This document shows positions 38,902 to 48,097 of a stretch of 64,000 bases of DNA, one piece after another; the first letter of the stretch is position 1; every line of letters begins with the position of its first letter. The DNA is from Thermoplasmatales archaeon (lineage in GTDB: Archaea > Thermoplasmatota > E2 > DHVEG-1): positions 308 through 64,307 of the forward strand of contig JBFYMG010000053.1 of NCBI GenBank assembly GCA_041305025.1. The letters are read 5' to 3'. A model generated the notes under the pieces. It was given only the letters and a program-made list of their open reading frames with translations. It was not told the origin of the DNA and ran no database searches. Made by a program: the position numbers and the translations under genes.

Positions 38902-39429
38902 CTATACTTTCTCCATAGCAATTTTTGATAAAACCATTTGAAACTTAGCAGTGTCAGTTGGTTTAGAAATTGCAGGTAAACCCATCTCTTCCCTCTTCTT
39001 TGTTTTACCATCATGAGTTGTTACACTCTGCACATCTTGAATAAGACCAATTGACAAGACAGATTGCAACATCGCTGTATATTTTCCAGGTATTTCTTTA
39101 CCACTTAAAACTGCCAAATTTTTCAATGAGAATAAAATATCAACAGGAGCCACGCGTTGAGGACATCGCTCTTTGCATTTGAAGCAACTCATACATGTCC
39201 AAATAACATCCGAATTTACAAGTTCATCAATCAATCCTCTCTTGAGAAGAGCAACTACCTTGTGAGGCTCTAATTCGAGAAGTTTATGGGCCTCGCATCC
39301 TGATGTACATTTGGCACATTGAAAACAGTAGTCAGAGATTTCATCCCGCAGTTTAGATAGGCGTTCATTGATTTCTCTTCTCAGTTCAGACTGAGACTCC
39401 CCCATAGAAGTCAAATCTATTACGCTCAT
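38902..39429 (-). CDS. hdrC: Heterodisulfide reductase subunit C
   Basis: CFQCAKCTSGCEA and CMSCFKCKERCPQ. The likely start is ATG 39429 (MSVIDLT...). The track ORF starts at GTG 39453. Confidence 0.85.
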   Translation of the reverse strand: MSVIDLTSMGESQSELRREINERLSKLRDEISDYCFQCAKCTSGCEAHKLLELEPHKVVALLKRGLIDELVNSDVIWTCMSCFKCKERCPQRVAPVDILFSLKNLAVLSGKEIPGKYTAMLQSVLSIGLIQDVQSVTTHDGKTKKREEMGLPAISKPTDTAKFQMVLSKIAMEKV

Positions 39430-39446
39430 TATGTACCACTTATAAA

Positions 39447-39460
39447 TTAACACGTGTTAA
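39447..39460. promoter_or_regulatory. Candidate operator: perfect 14-bp palindrome at the hdr operon promoter
   Basis: TTAACACGTGTTAA lies between an AT-rich TATA-like tract (39463-39477) and the hdrC ATG (39429). That is about where the transcription start should fall. Confidence 0.45.
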
Positions 39461-39641
39461 CTACTATATATATTTTTGTAATTTACTGATGGTTTTGCAA
39501 TCCTCTTATCTGGTTTCCTTATTTAAAATCTATTATTTTGTTGAGCGCAAAAACCAACTAAAAATGAAATTAGTATGATTTTATCCTACGTAAATTAATA
39601 AAGGATTATTTGCTTGAAATGAAATCCGTGTAAAAAGTTAA

Positions 39642-39665
39642 TGCAGGGGAAGGGATTTGAACACC
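39642..39665 (-). repeat. tRNA 3'-end-like fragment, copy A (degenerate)
   Basis: The minus strand reads GGTGTTCAAATCCCTTCCCCTGCA: a T-loop TTCAAAT plus an acceptor-like 3' strand. There is no matching 5' half. Confidence 0.5.
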
Positions 39666-39696
39666 AAAGTAGTCATAAAAAATAAGAGGTTTTATC

Positions 39697-40023
39697 TTAT
39701 TTGAATGCAAAATATGAGACAATAACAGATATAATTAATGCGATAGATAATCTAATTAAAATCCATATAACCGCCATTTCAGCAACTATCTTTTTATTAA
39801 TTTTTGGATAGAGGTCTTCTCCATATTTAAGTTTGAACCTTTCGTTTCTAACATTATCAAGCATAAGCGCTCCGGTGGATATTAAACATAAACCAGTTAA
39901 CAAACTAACCAAAGCAAAGATTGTGCCCGGGTAATAAATCCACAATAAAGAAAAACATAAACCAATTAATATTAAAACAACTGCAAATATTGCTTTATTT
40001 TTAATTGACATATTATTTAACAT
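39697..40023 (-). CDS. Hypothetical small membrane protein (about 3 TM)
   Basis: 108 aa, hydrophobic, with no recognisable motif. It is bracketed by the two tRNA-like repeats. Confidence 0.5.
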   Translation of the reverse strand: MLNNMSIKNKAIFAVVLILIGLCFSLLWIYYPGTIFALVSLLTGLCLISTGALMLDNVRNERFKLKYGEDLYPKINKKIVAEMAVIWILIRLSIALIISVIVSYFAFK

Positions 40024-40081
40024 CGGGTGAAGTTATGATTTTAAACTATAAAATTATTTCTTAACTTGAAAATAGTATTAT

Positions 40082-40107
40082 TGGATGCAGGGGAAGGATT
40101 TGAACCC
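40082..40107 (-). repeat. tRNA 3'-end-like fragment, copy B (degenerate, with encoded CCA)
   Basis: The minus strand reads GGGTTCAAATCCTTCCCCTGCATCCA. It shares TGCAGGGGAAGG(G)ATTTGAAC with copy A. The T-stem does not pair and there is no 5' acceptor strand. Confidence 0.5.
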
Positions 40108-40170
40108 ATGGAGTTAGTTAGTAACAAGAAACTACCTCCATAAAAGCAGGACGAAAAAACCTTAAAATAT

Positions 40171-40353
40171 TCAGTTTTTTACCTTCTGGATATCTATTGT
40201 TCCGTCTTTGAGGACAATCCACCTTAGTTTGTCACCATTTTTCAGCTTGAGTAATTCAACGACTTCAGAAGGTACTGTTATTCTTCGTCTGGATCCACGA
40301 ATTGTAATTCCTGTCTCCTTAACACATTTGACATCATCGAGTTCTATCTTCAT
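40171..40353 (-). CDS. AbrB/SpoVT-family DNA-binding protein at the end of the pst operon
   Basis: ITIRGSRRRITVPSEVVELLKLKNGDKLRWIVLKDG matches the swapped-hairpin AbrB pattern. The likely start is the Met at residue 24 of the track ORF. Confidence 0.7.
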   Translation of the reverse strand: MKIELDDVKCVKETGITIRGSRRRITVPSEVVELLKLKNGDKLRWIVLKDGTIDIQKVKN

Positions 40354-40438
40354 AAAATCTCCAATAACGGAAAAGAGAATTAAGTACAAATATTTTGTTA
40401 TTTCCCCAATATCCTTTGGCAATTAAACAAAGGGTTTT

Positions 40439-41200
40439 TTAACTTATTTCTCCCCCAAGATAAGCTTTCATTTCTGGTGTTTTTGGATGATTGAAAACTT
40501 CATCTGCTGGTCCTTGTTCAAAAACCTTACCAAAATATAGGAATATAACGTAATCAGCAACTCTTTTTGCTTGACGTAATGTATGTGTTACAAGTATCAC
40601 CGTAAATTCTGTTTTGAGTTTCAAAAGTAATTTTTCAATCTGTTGGGCTGAAACTGGATCCAAAGCAGAAGTAGGTTCATCACATAGCAATACCTCTGGT
40701 TTTACAGCAATTGCTCTTGCCAAACATAATCGTTGCTGTTGTCCAACTGAAAGTCTTGAGGCGGGATCATGAAGTCGATTTTTCACCTCGTTCCAGAGAC
40801 CGACCTCGTGCAAACAATGTTCAACTATCTCATCGAGTTTCTTTCCCTTCTTTTTATGATGGATTCTTAAACCATACGCAACATTCTCATATATTGACAT
40901 CGGAAGGGGATATGGTTTTTGGGAGAGTAGACCCATTTTTTTTCGTATATCTGGTATATCGCTCCCTTTACGATCAAGTATATTTTTTCCATCAACCAGG
41001 ATTTCCCCTGAAATTTTTACATCATCTTGTATTTCAAGCAATCGATTAAATGATTTGAGCAGTGTAGTTTTTCCGCATCCTGAAGGACCAATTATTGCAG
41101 TGAGTTTTTTAGCAGGGATTTTAATATTTATATTTTCAAGCGCATTATTTTTGTGATAAGATACATTCAAATTTTTTGTTTCTATTTGAGATTCTTTCAT
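40439..41200 (-). CDS. pstB: Phosphate ABC transporter ATP-binding protein
   Basis: 253 aa. Walker A GPSGCGKTT, signature LSVGQQQRL, Walker B LLCDEPTSALD. The length and context are typical of PstB. Confidence 0.95.
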   Translation of the reverse strand: MKESQIETKNLNVSYHKNNALENINIKIPAKKLTAIIGPSGCGKTTLLKSFNRLLEIQDDVKISGEILVDGKNILDRKGSDIPDIRKKMGLLSQKPYPLPMSIYENVAYGLRIHHKKKGKKLDEIVEHCLHEVGLWNEVKNRLHDPASRLSVGQQQRLCLARAIAVKPEVLLCDEPTSALDPVSAQQIEKLLLKLKTEFTVILVTHTLRQAKRVADYVIFLYFGKVFEQGPADEVFNHPKTPEMKAYLGGEIS

Positions 41201-41210
41201 ATAAATTCCC

Positions 41211-42056
41211 CTATTTTATCACATGTTTTTTAAATCTTCTTGTTAATAATCTTGAGGATATACTGATTACTAATACTATAACTAAAAGTATGAACGCTGC
41301 AGCATATGCTTTTGGTTGACCTGATGGCAGAGAATAAAGATTAAAAATCGTTGTTGGTAGGGCTGCTGTTGAGTCCAAAAGTGATGTAGGAACACGGTTC
41401 GAAAAACCAGAGGTAAACAAAATAGATGCTGCATCTCCTATACCCCTACCAAGTCCTAGAAGAACTCCTGCAAGAATCCCTGGAAATGCCTGTTTTCTTA
41501 AAACTTTAAAGGCAGTCTCAAATTTTGTTGAACCTAATGAGTACGCTCCCTCCTTTAAACCAACCGGGACCATCTTTATTGATTCGTCCATTGATCTTGT
41601 GATTATTGGAATTTCAAGTAAAGTGAGGGCAACGATTCCTGCAAGCAGCGAAGATCCTACACCAAGATATATCATAATCATCAGGCAAAAAATACCATAG
41701 ATTATGGAAGGAATACCCCAGAGAACATCTAGTGTGAATCGGATAAAATTAGAGAACCATGAAGGAGTAAAATCCCTCTGCAGATATAGTGCTATCATTA
41801 GTCCTATTAAAAATGCAATACCAGTGGCAGGAAAAGCAAGATATATGGAACCAACAATCGCATTTAATATACCCCCGCCAAGAACCTCCCCTTCCTTTGG
41901 CGTTTGCGTAACCATCTCGAGACTTATTGATGAGGCACCATTGAAGATTACGAGCCCAAAGATAATGAATAAACTCCCCAAAACAACGCAAAGAGAAGAT
42001 ACCATTAGAAATTTAAACAACTTTTCTTCAAGGATGCGTCTATTCAATAATTCCAC
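41211..42056 (-). CDS. pstA: Phosphate ABC transporter permease PstA
   Basis: 281 aa. The permease EAA-type loop is EGAYSLGSTKFETAFKVLRKQAFPG. It overlaps pstC by 13 nt. Confidence 0.9.
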   Translation of the reverse strand: MELLNRRILEEKLFKFLMVSSLCVVLGSLFIIFGLVIFNGASSISLEMVTQTPKEGEVLGGGILNAIVGSIYLAFPATGIAFLIGLMIALYLQRDFTPSWFSNFIRFTLDVLWGIPSIIYGIFCLMIMIYLGVGSSLLAGIVALTLLEIPIITRSMDESIKMVPVGLKEGAYSLGSTKFETAFKVLRKQAFPGILAGVLLGLGRGIGDAASILFTSGFSNRVPTSLLDSTAALPTTIFNLYSLPSGQPKAYAAAFILLVIVLVISISSRLLTRRFKKHVIK

Positions 42057-42937
42057 CTCTTTTTTGCTCTTCTTAAAATTAGTACACCAAGTATATTAAA
42101 TAGAAAAACAACAATGAATAAAATTAGTGCCACCAACATAAGAGCAGATTCATGAAGTGGAATGGACATAAGTTCACCGTATTTTGATGCTATTAAAGAT
42201 GCAAGAGTTTCTCCACGATGAAACAAAGAAGTGGGAATTGAAGGCGTTCCACCTACCACCATGTTGATTGCTATCGTTTCACCAAATGCTCGTCCGAAAC
42301 CAAGCAATATCGCCGCTATAACTCCCGGAGCAGAAGCACGCAAAACAACTTTTTTTACAGTTTCCCATTTTGTAGCTCCAACTGAGAGTGATGCTTCTTT
42401 TAAGGCAATTGGAATTGCATCAAAAGATTCGATGCATAATGAAATTATTATTGGGAACACCATAATTGCTAAGGTAACGGCTGCAGTAAATATACAAAAA
42501 CCTTGACTTTGTACGCCAAACCATGGTGCAATGAAATTTTTTACTAAAGGAACCAGAAATAGAAAAGCACATAGCCCATATACTACAGAAGGAACACCAG
42601 CAAGCACATCTATAAATGGTCGGATTGTTTTTCTTACTCGCCTAGGGGCATATTCAACGATATAGATTGCACTTAGAAGAGAGATCGGGATTGCAATTAC
42701 AAGAGCAATTCCTGTTACGAATATTGTTCCTATAATAATTGGTGCTAGACCAAATTGATTGTTGTCAGGATTCCACGTTGAAGAAAATAATATTTCAGTT
42801 ATGGGTTCAGTTCCCAAAACTAGTGAAGATTTAAACAACAAAAGGATGAATATAGAAAAAAATAAGATGGAGGCAAATAGCGTGGCAGCTAGCATCAATT
42901 TTGTGCCAACAAAGTCACGCAATTTTCTCGTGTTCAT
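42044..42937 (-). CDS. pstC: Phosphate ABC transporter permease PstC
   Basis: 297 aa. The EAA-type loop is EASLSVGATKWETVKKVVLRASAPG. Confidence 0.9.
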   Translation of the reverse strand: MNTRKLRDFVGTKLMLAATLFASILFFSIFILLLFKSSLVLGTEPITEILFSSTWNPDNNQFGLAPIIIGTIFVTGIALVIAIPISLLSAIYIVEYAPRRVRKTIRPFIDVLAGVPSVVYGLCAFLFLVPLVKNFIAPWFGVQSQGFCIFTAAVTLAIMVFPIIISLCIESFDAIPIALKEASLSVGATKWETVKKVVLRASAPGVIAAILLGFGRAFGETIAINMVVGGTPSIPTSLFHRGETLASLIASKYGELMSIPLHESALMLVALILFIVVFLFNILGVLILRRAKKRWNY

Positions 42938-42990
42938 GTCACCAAATTCTTCCTAAATTTTTAATTTTTTTTAGGAGTAGCAATACATCA

Positions 42991-44028
42991 TTAATTTATC
43001 TCTGGTCTGGTTGCATTCTCAAGATAACCAATTTGATCAATGATTGTTTCTGGCGGCAATGGAACATATCCTGCATCAAGAACATACTGCTGCCCTTCTG
43101 TTAATATCCAGTACACGAAATCCTTTACTATTCCGGTGAAATTATGTAATGTTACGAGATGAAGTGGCCTAGCGGGTGGGGATGGATAGACGTAATTGTT
43201 TATCGCAGTTACAATAGAATTTCGATTTGCGTATACGCTTTCATTTTCATCAATTATGCCATTTTCATTAAGATCGATAGGGACGGGCAATATTTTATCT
43301 GCCGGTACTACTGTATTATCAGCAAGTTTATTTGTATATACATAACCGATGTTATTGTATCCTATGCCTAATTCATCTCCTTGAATAGCAGCAGCAAGGC
43401 TATTATCCCCATTTACTGCAGCACCAGGCAGATTTGGATTTGATAAAGCATTAGTTAAATCGTTTTGTTTATATTTTCCAAGGTACTTTGCCCATGTTTC
43501 AGCAGCACCACATGAGTCAGAACGCGTGTATACTACAATAGGGTCATCACTAAGGCTCTCATTTCCAACAAGTTGCCCCCATGTTATTATATTTCTTGTT
43601 ATAAAAATATCTTTAAATTGTTGTTTTGTGACGCCTTTTTCCAAGATTTCTTCGATTACAGGATTATCTGAATTTATAGTTGCAACAACTGCATCTTTTA
43701 CTACAGATACCCAAAAAGCGCCTTGTTCAATTTCTGTGTTGTTGATTTCTCTAGAAACCATGCCGATATCTGCAATTCCTAACAAGGCATCTGCCATACC
43801 AGCTCCAGCGCCATTAGAATTGATATCCATATTAATATCCGGATGGATTTTTCTGTATTCTAGTTTCCATTTTTCCATCATCGGCGTCAATGCAAATGCG
43901 CCTTCAATTTTTATAGTATTTTCGTTTTTTCCTAAACATCCGCAATTGCTGACGATTCCAATTGTTAAGAGTGCCATTATTGCAAAGATTGTTAGCATCT
44001 TTTTTTGTGATTGTTTTTTATTTTTCAT
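42991..44028 (-). CDS. pstS: Phosphate-binding protein PstS (lipoprotein-like)
   Basis: 345 aa. Signal plus Cys-containing N-terminus (GIVSNCGC), SNGAGAGMADAL, and a periplasmic-binding fold pattern. It is the first gene of pstSCAB. Confidence 0.9.
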   Translation of the reverse strand: MKNKKQSQKKMLTIFAIMALLTIGIVSNCGCLGKNENTIKIEGAFALTPMMEKWKLEYRKIHPDINMDINSNGAGAGMADALLGIADIGMVSREINNTEIEQGAFWVSVVKDAVVATINSDNPVIEEILEKGVTKQQFKDIFITRNIITWGQLVGNESLSDDPIVVYTRSDSCGAAETWAKYLGKYKQNDLTNALSNPNLPGAAVNGDNSLAAAIQGDELGIGYNNIGYVYTNKLADNTVVPADKILPVPIDLNENGIIDENESVYANRNSIVTAINNYVYPSPPARPLHLVTLHNFTGIVKDFVYWILTEGQQYVLDAGYVPLPPETIIDQIGYLENATRPEIN

Positions 44029-44257
44029 AGTAACTTCCCCACTTTATAAAATGCCATGATACACATTGGCATGTAATCTAATATGTAATACATAGTATTT
44101 AAAAGTATTGGTAAATTGCCTATATTGTATGGTATAAAACCAAAAAACTCCATAAATTATTGGAAATAACATAAAATTGGAGAAATAAAAAGAAAAACTA
44201 AGATTAAATAGGATTATGAGATAAGGGTATTGGTCTATCGATTACAGGTGAAGAAAA

Positions 44258-45292
44258 ATGAAAATTGGAATTGTCTACCACGAAGACTATAACAAATATG
44301 ATCTTGGCGTAGATCATCCGTTAGTTGGAGACAAACCTGGAAAAACGATGGCATTACTAAAAGAAAAAAGTATTCTAAAAAAAGTGGAAGTATTTACACC
44401 AAAAAAAGCAACCGAGACGGACCTGCTTAGAGCACATAGCAAGAGCTATGTGGATAGAATAAAAGAATTAAGCCGTACCGGAGGTATGCTCTCGCTTGAT
44501 ACACCGGCACCAATAGGCATCTATGAATATGCAAGTCTTGCAGCAGGAGGCACAATTCTTGCAGGAGAAAAACTATTTAATGGATATCAGTGTATGGTTA
44601 ATCCGCTAGCAGGATTTCATCATGCAAGTAAAGAATTCTCATCTGGTTTTTGTTTTTTTAACGACATTGCCGTGGTGATCGAGCATCTACGTGAAAAACA
44701 TAAATTGAAAAAGTTTCTAGTGGTCGATCTAGATGTACATCACTCAAATGGAACGCAGGAAATTTATTATCACGATCCGACGGTGCTTAAAGTTTCATTT
44801 CATCAAGATGGACGAACACTTTATCCTGGGACCGGAAGTATGGAAAAAATAGGTGACGGTGCCGGAGAAGGGTTTACTATCAATCTTCCATTACCACCTG
44901 GAACAGGAAATACAAGTTTTTTGAAAGCTTTCGATGAAATTGTACCGGGCTTGACAAAACAATTTGCTCCAGAAATAATAATCTATCAATCTGGGGTAGA
45001 CACGCATCATACTGATCCATTGGCAGATTTAAACCTAACTTATCCGATCTATTATCAACTTGCAAAAAAAATGATGACATTGTCTTCATCTACCTGCAAT
45101 AAGTTACTCGTTCTTCTTGGCGGAGGATACAATAGTTCTGGTAGTGTACAATCTTATTACAATATACTGTGTGGTCTTGTTAGTAAAGAGGAGTACATAA
45201 AAGAAAATGACATTCCGGACACAAAAATTGAGGAAGTAGGAAAGTTAGTTTCTGAATTGAAAAGTATACTTCGCCCCTATTGGAAATTATAA
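44258..45292 (+). CDS. Histone deacetylase-family protein (AcuC / acetylpolyamine or protein lysine deacetylase)
   Basis: 344 aa. GFHHASKEFSSGFCFFNDIAV and VVDLDVHHSNGTQEIY are Zn-dependent HDAC motifs. Confidence 0.9.
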   Translation: MKIGIVYHEDYNKYDLGVDHPLVGDKPGKTMALLKEKSILKKVEVFTPKKATETDLLRAHSKSYVDRIKELSRTGGMLSLDTPAPIGIYEYASLAAGGTILAGEKLFNGYQCMVNPLAGFHHASKEFSSGFCFFNDIAVVIEHLREKHKLKKFLVVDLDVHHSNGTQEIYYHDPTVLKVSFHQDGRTLYPGTGSMEKIGDGAGEGFTINLPLPPGTGNTSFLKAFDEIVPGLTKQFAPEIIIYQSGVDTHHTDPLADLNLTYPIYYQLAKKMMTLSSSTCNKLLVLLGGGYNSSGSVQSYYNILCGLVSKEEYIKENDIPDTKIEEVGKLVSELKSILRPYWKL

Positions 45293-45373
45293 AAGGAATA
45301 TCCGTCGACGATAAACTTATTAGTTATTCACTGTTATGGGGTCACTACCATGTTTTAAAGGAGGGAAACACCA

Positions 45374-48046
45374 ATGGGTGTTGAAAATCTTGATTACATA
45401 TTTAAGCCAAAAAGTATCGCCGTGATTGGAGCATCAAATACAGTCGGATCTGCTGGATATAGAGTTTTTCGAAATCTTGTTGGATCTGGATACGAGGGCG
45501 TCGTGTATCCTGTTAATCCAAAATATGATAGTATCCAAGGAGTACAAGCATACCCATCAATTAAAGAGGTACCTAAAACTGTAGATCTTGCAATTATCTC
45601 AACTCCAGCTCAAACCGTTCTTGATGTAGTTGAGCAATGTGGAAAAAAAGGCATCAAAGGAATTTTGATTATTTCGGCAGGGTTTAAAGAGATAGGAGCC
45701 GAAGGTATTGCCTTAGAAAAAAAACTTTTAGACGTTAAAGAAAAATATGGTTTGAGAATCATCGGTCCAAACTGTGTCGGCTTTGTTGTCCCTTATCTAA
45801 ATTTAAATGCAACATTCATAGGGTCAATGCCTGAACGCGGCAACATAGCACTTTTCTCTCAGAGTGGCGCAGTCTGCGGAGCAATTCTTGATTGGGCACA
45901 GGCATCAAAAGTTGGTTTTAGCTCATTTGTTTCAGTTGGATCGATGCTTGATGTTGACTATGGAGACTTAATTGATTACTTTGGAATGGATATTCACACG
46001 AGAAGCATCGTTCTTTACATTGAATCTATTACTGATGCAAAAAAATTCATGAGCGCAACGAAAATGTTTGCACGAGCAAAGCCCATTATTGTTATTAAAT
46101 CTGGCCGGTTCAAAGAAGGAGCAAAGGCCGCGTCATCACATACTGGTGCAATGGCTGGTGAAGATGCAATATATGATGCTGCATTTCGAAGAGCAGGAAT
46201 AGTCAGAGTAAACGACATTGAAGATTTGTTTAATTGCTCATCAATTCTTGCTAAACAACCGCGTCCACCAGGGCGTAACATCGCAATTATTACTAATGCC
46301 GGTGGACCGGGAGTTCTTGCAACCGATTCAGTAATTGAAAAGGGCGGGGCTCTAGCAAAACTTTCTGACGAAACAATGGAAAAACTCAACAATGTGCTTC
46401 CTCCCACCTGGAGCCATGGAAACCCTGTTGATATTATTGGAGATGGTGATGAAGAGCGTTATCAAAAGGCAATAGAGATATGTCTTGAAGATAAAAACAT
46501 AGATGGGTTGTTGATTCTTTGTGTTCCTCAAGTGGTAGCCAATCCAGACAAACTTGCCGAAAGACTCATTGGCCTTTCTAGAAAAACAACAAAACCTATC
46601 ATTACTTCGTTTATGGGTGAAGCAAGTGTAATACATGCAAGACAAATTCTCAACACAAATAATATTCCAACATATGACACGCCAGATGCGGCTGTAGAAT
46701 CTTATATGTATCTTTACCACTACCAACGACACCTTGAGCAGCTCTACGAAACGCCCGAAGAGTTGAATATAAAAACTCCAGCTCATAAAGAAACCATCGA
46801 AAAAATATTGAATGCTGCAGAAAAAGAAAAAAGAGATCTCCTTAACGAAATGGAATCGAAAACATTTCTTGAACTTTATGGAATTAAAACTACGAAGCCA
46901 CATGTTGCAGAAACTGAAGATAAAGCAACACAGCTTGCAGAGAAAATAGGATATCCCGTGGTAATGAAAATACATTCTCCACAAATAACCCACAAGAGTG
47001 ATGTAGGTGGCGTTGTTCTTGATTTGAGATGCAAAGATGATGTTAAAAAAACATTCAAAGAAATGTTAAAGCGAGCGAAAGAAAAAGCGCCTGACGCAAA
47101 AATATTGGGCGTAACAATTCAGAAAATGATTAAAACTCATGGGTATGAGCTAATAATGGGCTCCAAGAAAGATCCGGTCTTTGGTTCTGCTATTCTTTTT
47201 GGCCTGGGTGGCATCTACACCGAGCTTTTCAAAGATAGAGCAATAGGTTTTCCGCCATTAAACCAGGTACTTGCCCAAAGAATCATTGAAAAGACAAGGG
47301 CGTATGAACTTTTGAAAGGATTCAGAGGCCTCCCGCCAGTCAATATGACAAAAGTTGAAGAGACCCTGGTTAATTTTTCACAGTTGATTATAGATTATCC
47401 TGAAATCAAAGAGATAGACATCAACCCGCTCATTGCTTCTGGCGACGAGCTTATCGCTGTTGATGCAAGAATTATCCTTGATAAAAACTGGAAAGACAAA
47501 CCACATCTCATCATAATGCCTTACCCAACCAAATACGTAAAAACGGTAAAACTTAAAGATGGAACTGAAGTATTGTTCAGACCCATAAAACCAGAGGATG
47601 AATTACTGTGGCTTGACATGTTCCAAACATTTTCGCAAGAAACAGTTCGATTCAGATTTTTCAGAATTTTAAAAGATACGCCTCATGAGATGAGAACGAG
47701 ATATTGCAACATAGATTACGACCGAGAAATCGCAATTGTAGCAGAAGTAAAAGAAAAAGATAAACGTAGATTCTTAGGTGTAACTAGAGTTATACTGAAA
47801 CCAGGAAGTACTGATGAGGCAGAATATGCATTGGTTGTAACTGACAAATGGCAACGATTGGGACTTGGCTCAGAATTCATTGACTATACTATCGAAATAG
47901 CAAAAGATAAGAAAGTGAAAAAACTCTACGGCGTCGTATTAAAAGATAATGTTCCAATGCTCACGCTCTGTCGTGAGAAAAACTTCAAAATATCTGAGGG
48001 TGACCCAGGCGAATACGAAGTCGAGTACGACCTTGCAAAACAGTAA
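45374..48046 (+). CDS. Pat-type protein acetyltransferase (ADP-forming acyl-CoA synthetase-like alpha/beta domains + C-terminal GNAT)
   Basis: 890 aa. The N-terminal CoA-binding region is IAVIGASNTVGSAGY. It also has succinyl-CoA-synthetase-like flavodoxin and ATP-grasp regions and a C-terminal GNAT (ALVVTDKWQRLGLGSEFIDY). Confidence 0.85.
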   Translation: MGVENLDYIFKPKSIAVIGASNTVGSAGYRVFRNLVGSGYEGVVYPVNPKYDSIQGVQAYPSIKEVPKTVDLAIISTPAQTVLDVVEQCGKKGIKGILIISAGFKEIGAEGIALEKKLLDVKEKYGLRIIGPNCVGFVVPYLNLNATFIGSMPERGNIALFSQSGAVCGAILDWAQASKVGFSSFVSVGSMLDVDYGDLIDYFGMDIHTRSIVLYIESITDAKKFMSATKMFARAKPIIVIKSGRFKEGAKAASSHTGAMAGEDAIYDAAFRRAGIVRVNDIEDLFNCSSILAKQPRPPGRNIAIITNAGGPGVLATDSVIEKGGALAKLSDETMEKLNNVLPPTWSHGNPVDIIGDGDEERYQKAIEICLEDKNIDGLLILCVPQVVANPDKLAERLIGLSRKTTKPIITSFMGEASVIHARQILNTNNIPTYDTPDAAVESYMYLYHYQRHLEQLYETPEELNIKTPAHKETIEKILNAAEKEKRDLLNEMESKTFLELYGIKTTKPHVAETEDKATQLAEKIGYPVVMKIHSPQITHKSDVGGVVLDLRCKDDVKKTFKEMLKRAKEKAPDAKILGVTIQKMIKTHGYELIMGSKKDPVFGSAILFGLGGIYTELFKDRAIGFPPLNQVLAQRIIEKTRAYELLKGFRGLPPVNMTKVEETLVNFSQLIIDYPEIKEIDINPLIASGDELIAVDARIILDKNWKDKPHLIIMPYPTKYVKTVKLKDGTEVLFRPIKPEDELLWLDMFQTFSQETVRFRFFRILKDTPHEMRTRYCNIDYDREIAIVAEVKEKDKRRFLGVTRVILKPGSTDEAEYALVVTDKWQRLGLGSEFIDYTIEIAKDKKVKKLYGVVLKDNVPMLTLCREKNFKISEGDPGEYEVEYDLAKQ

Positions 48047-48097
48047 TACACAATTATATACTAGATAACTGATATCAATTTTGGAAGTGGGATAGGG

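Noticed and set aside
39642-40107. Intact tRNA genes or intron-containing tRNA on the minus strand
   Set aside because: Only the T-loop and 3' acceptor strand are present. The T-stems would form just 2 Watson-Crick pairs plus 1 G-U pair out of 5. No complementary GCAGGGG 5' acceptor strand or anticodon arm is found upstream in either copy.
43526-44059. 177-aa plus-strand ORF opposite pstS, and 153-aa ORF (49295-49756) opposite the ABC-2 permease
   Set aside because: These are shadow ORFs of confidently assigned genes on the other strand.
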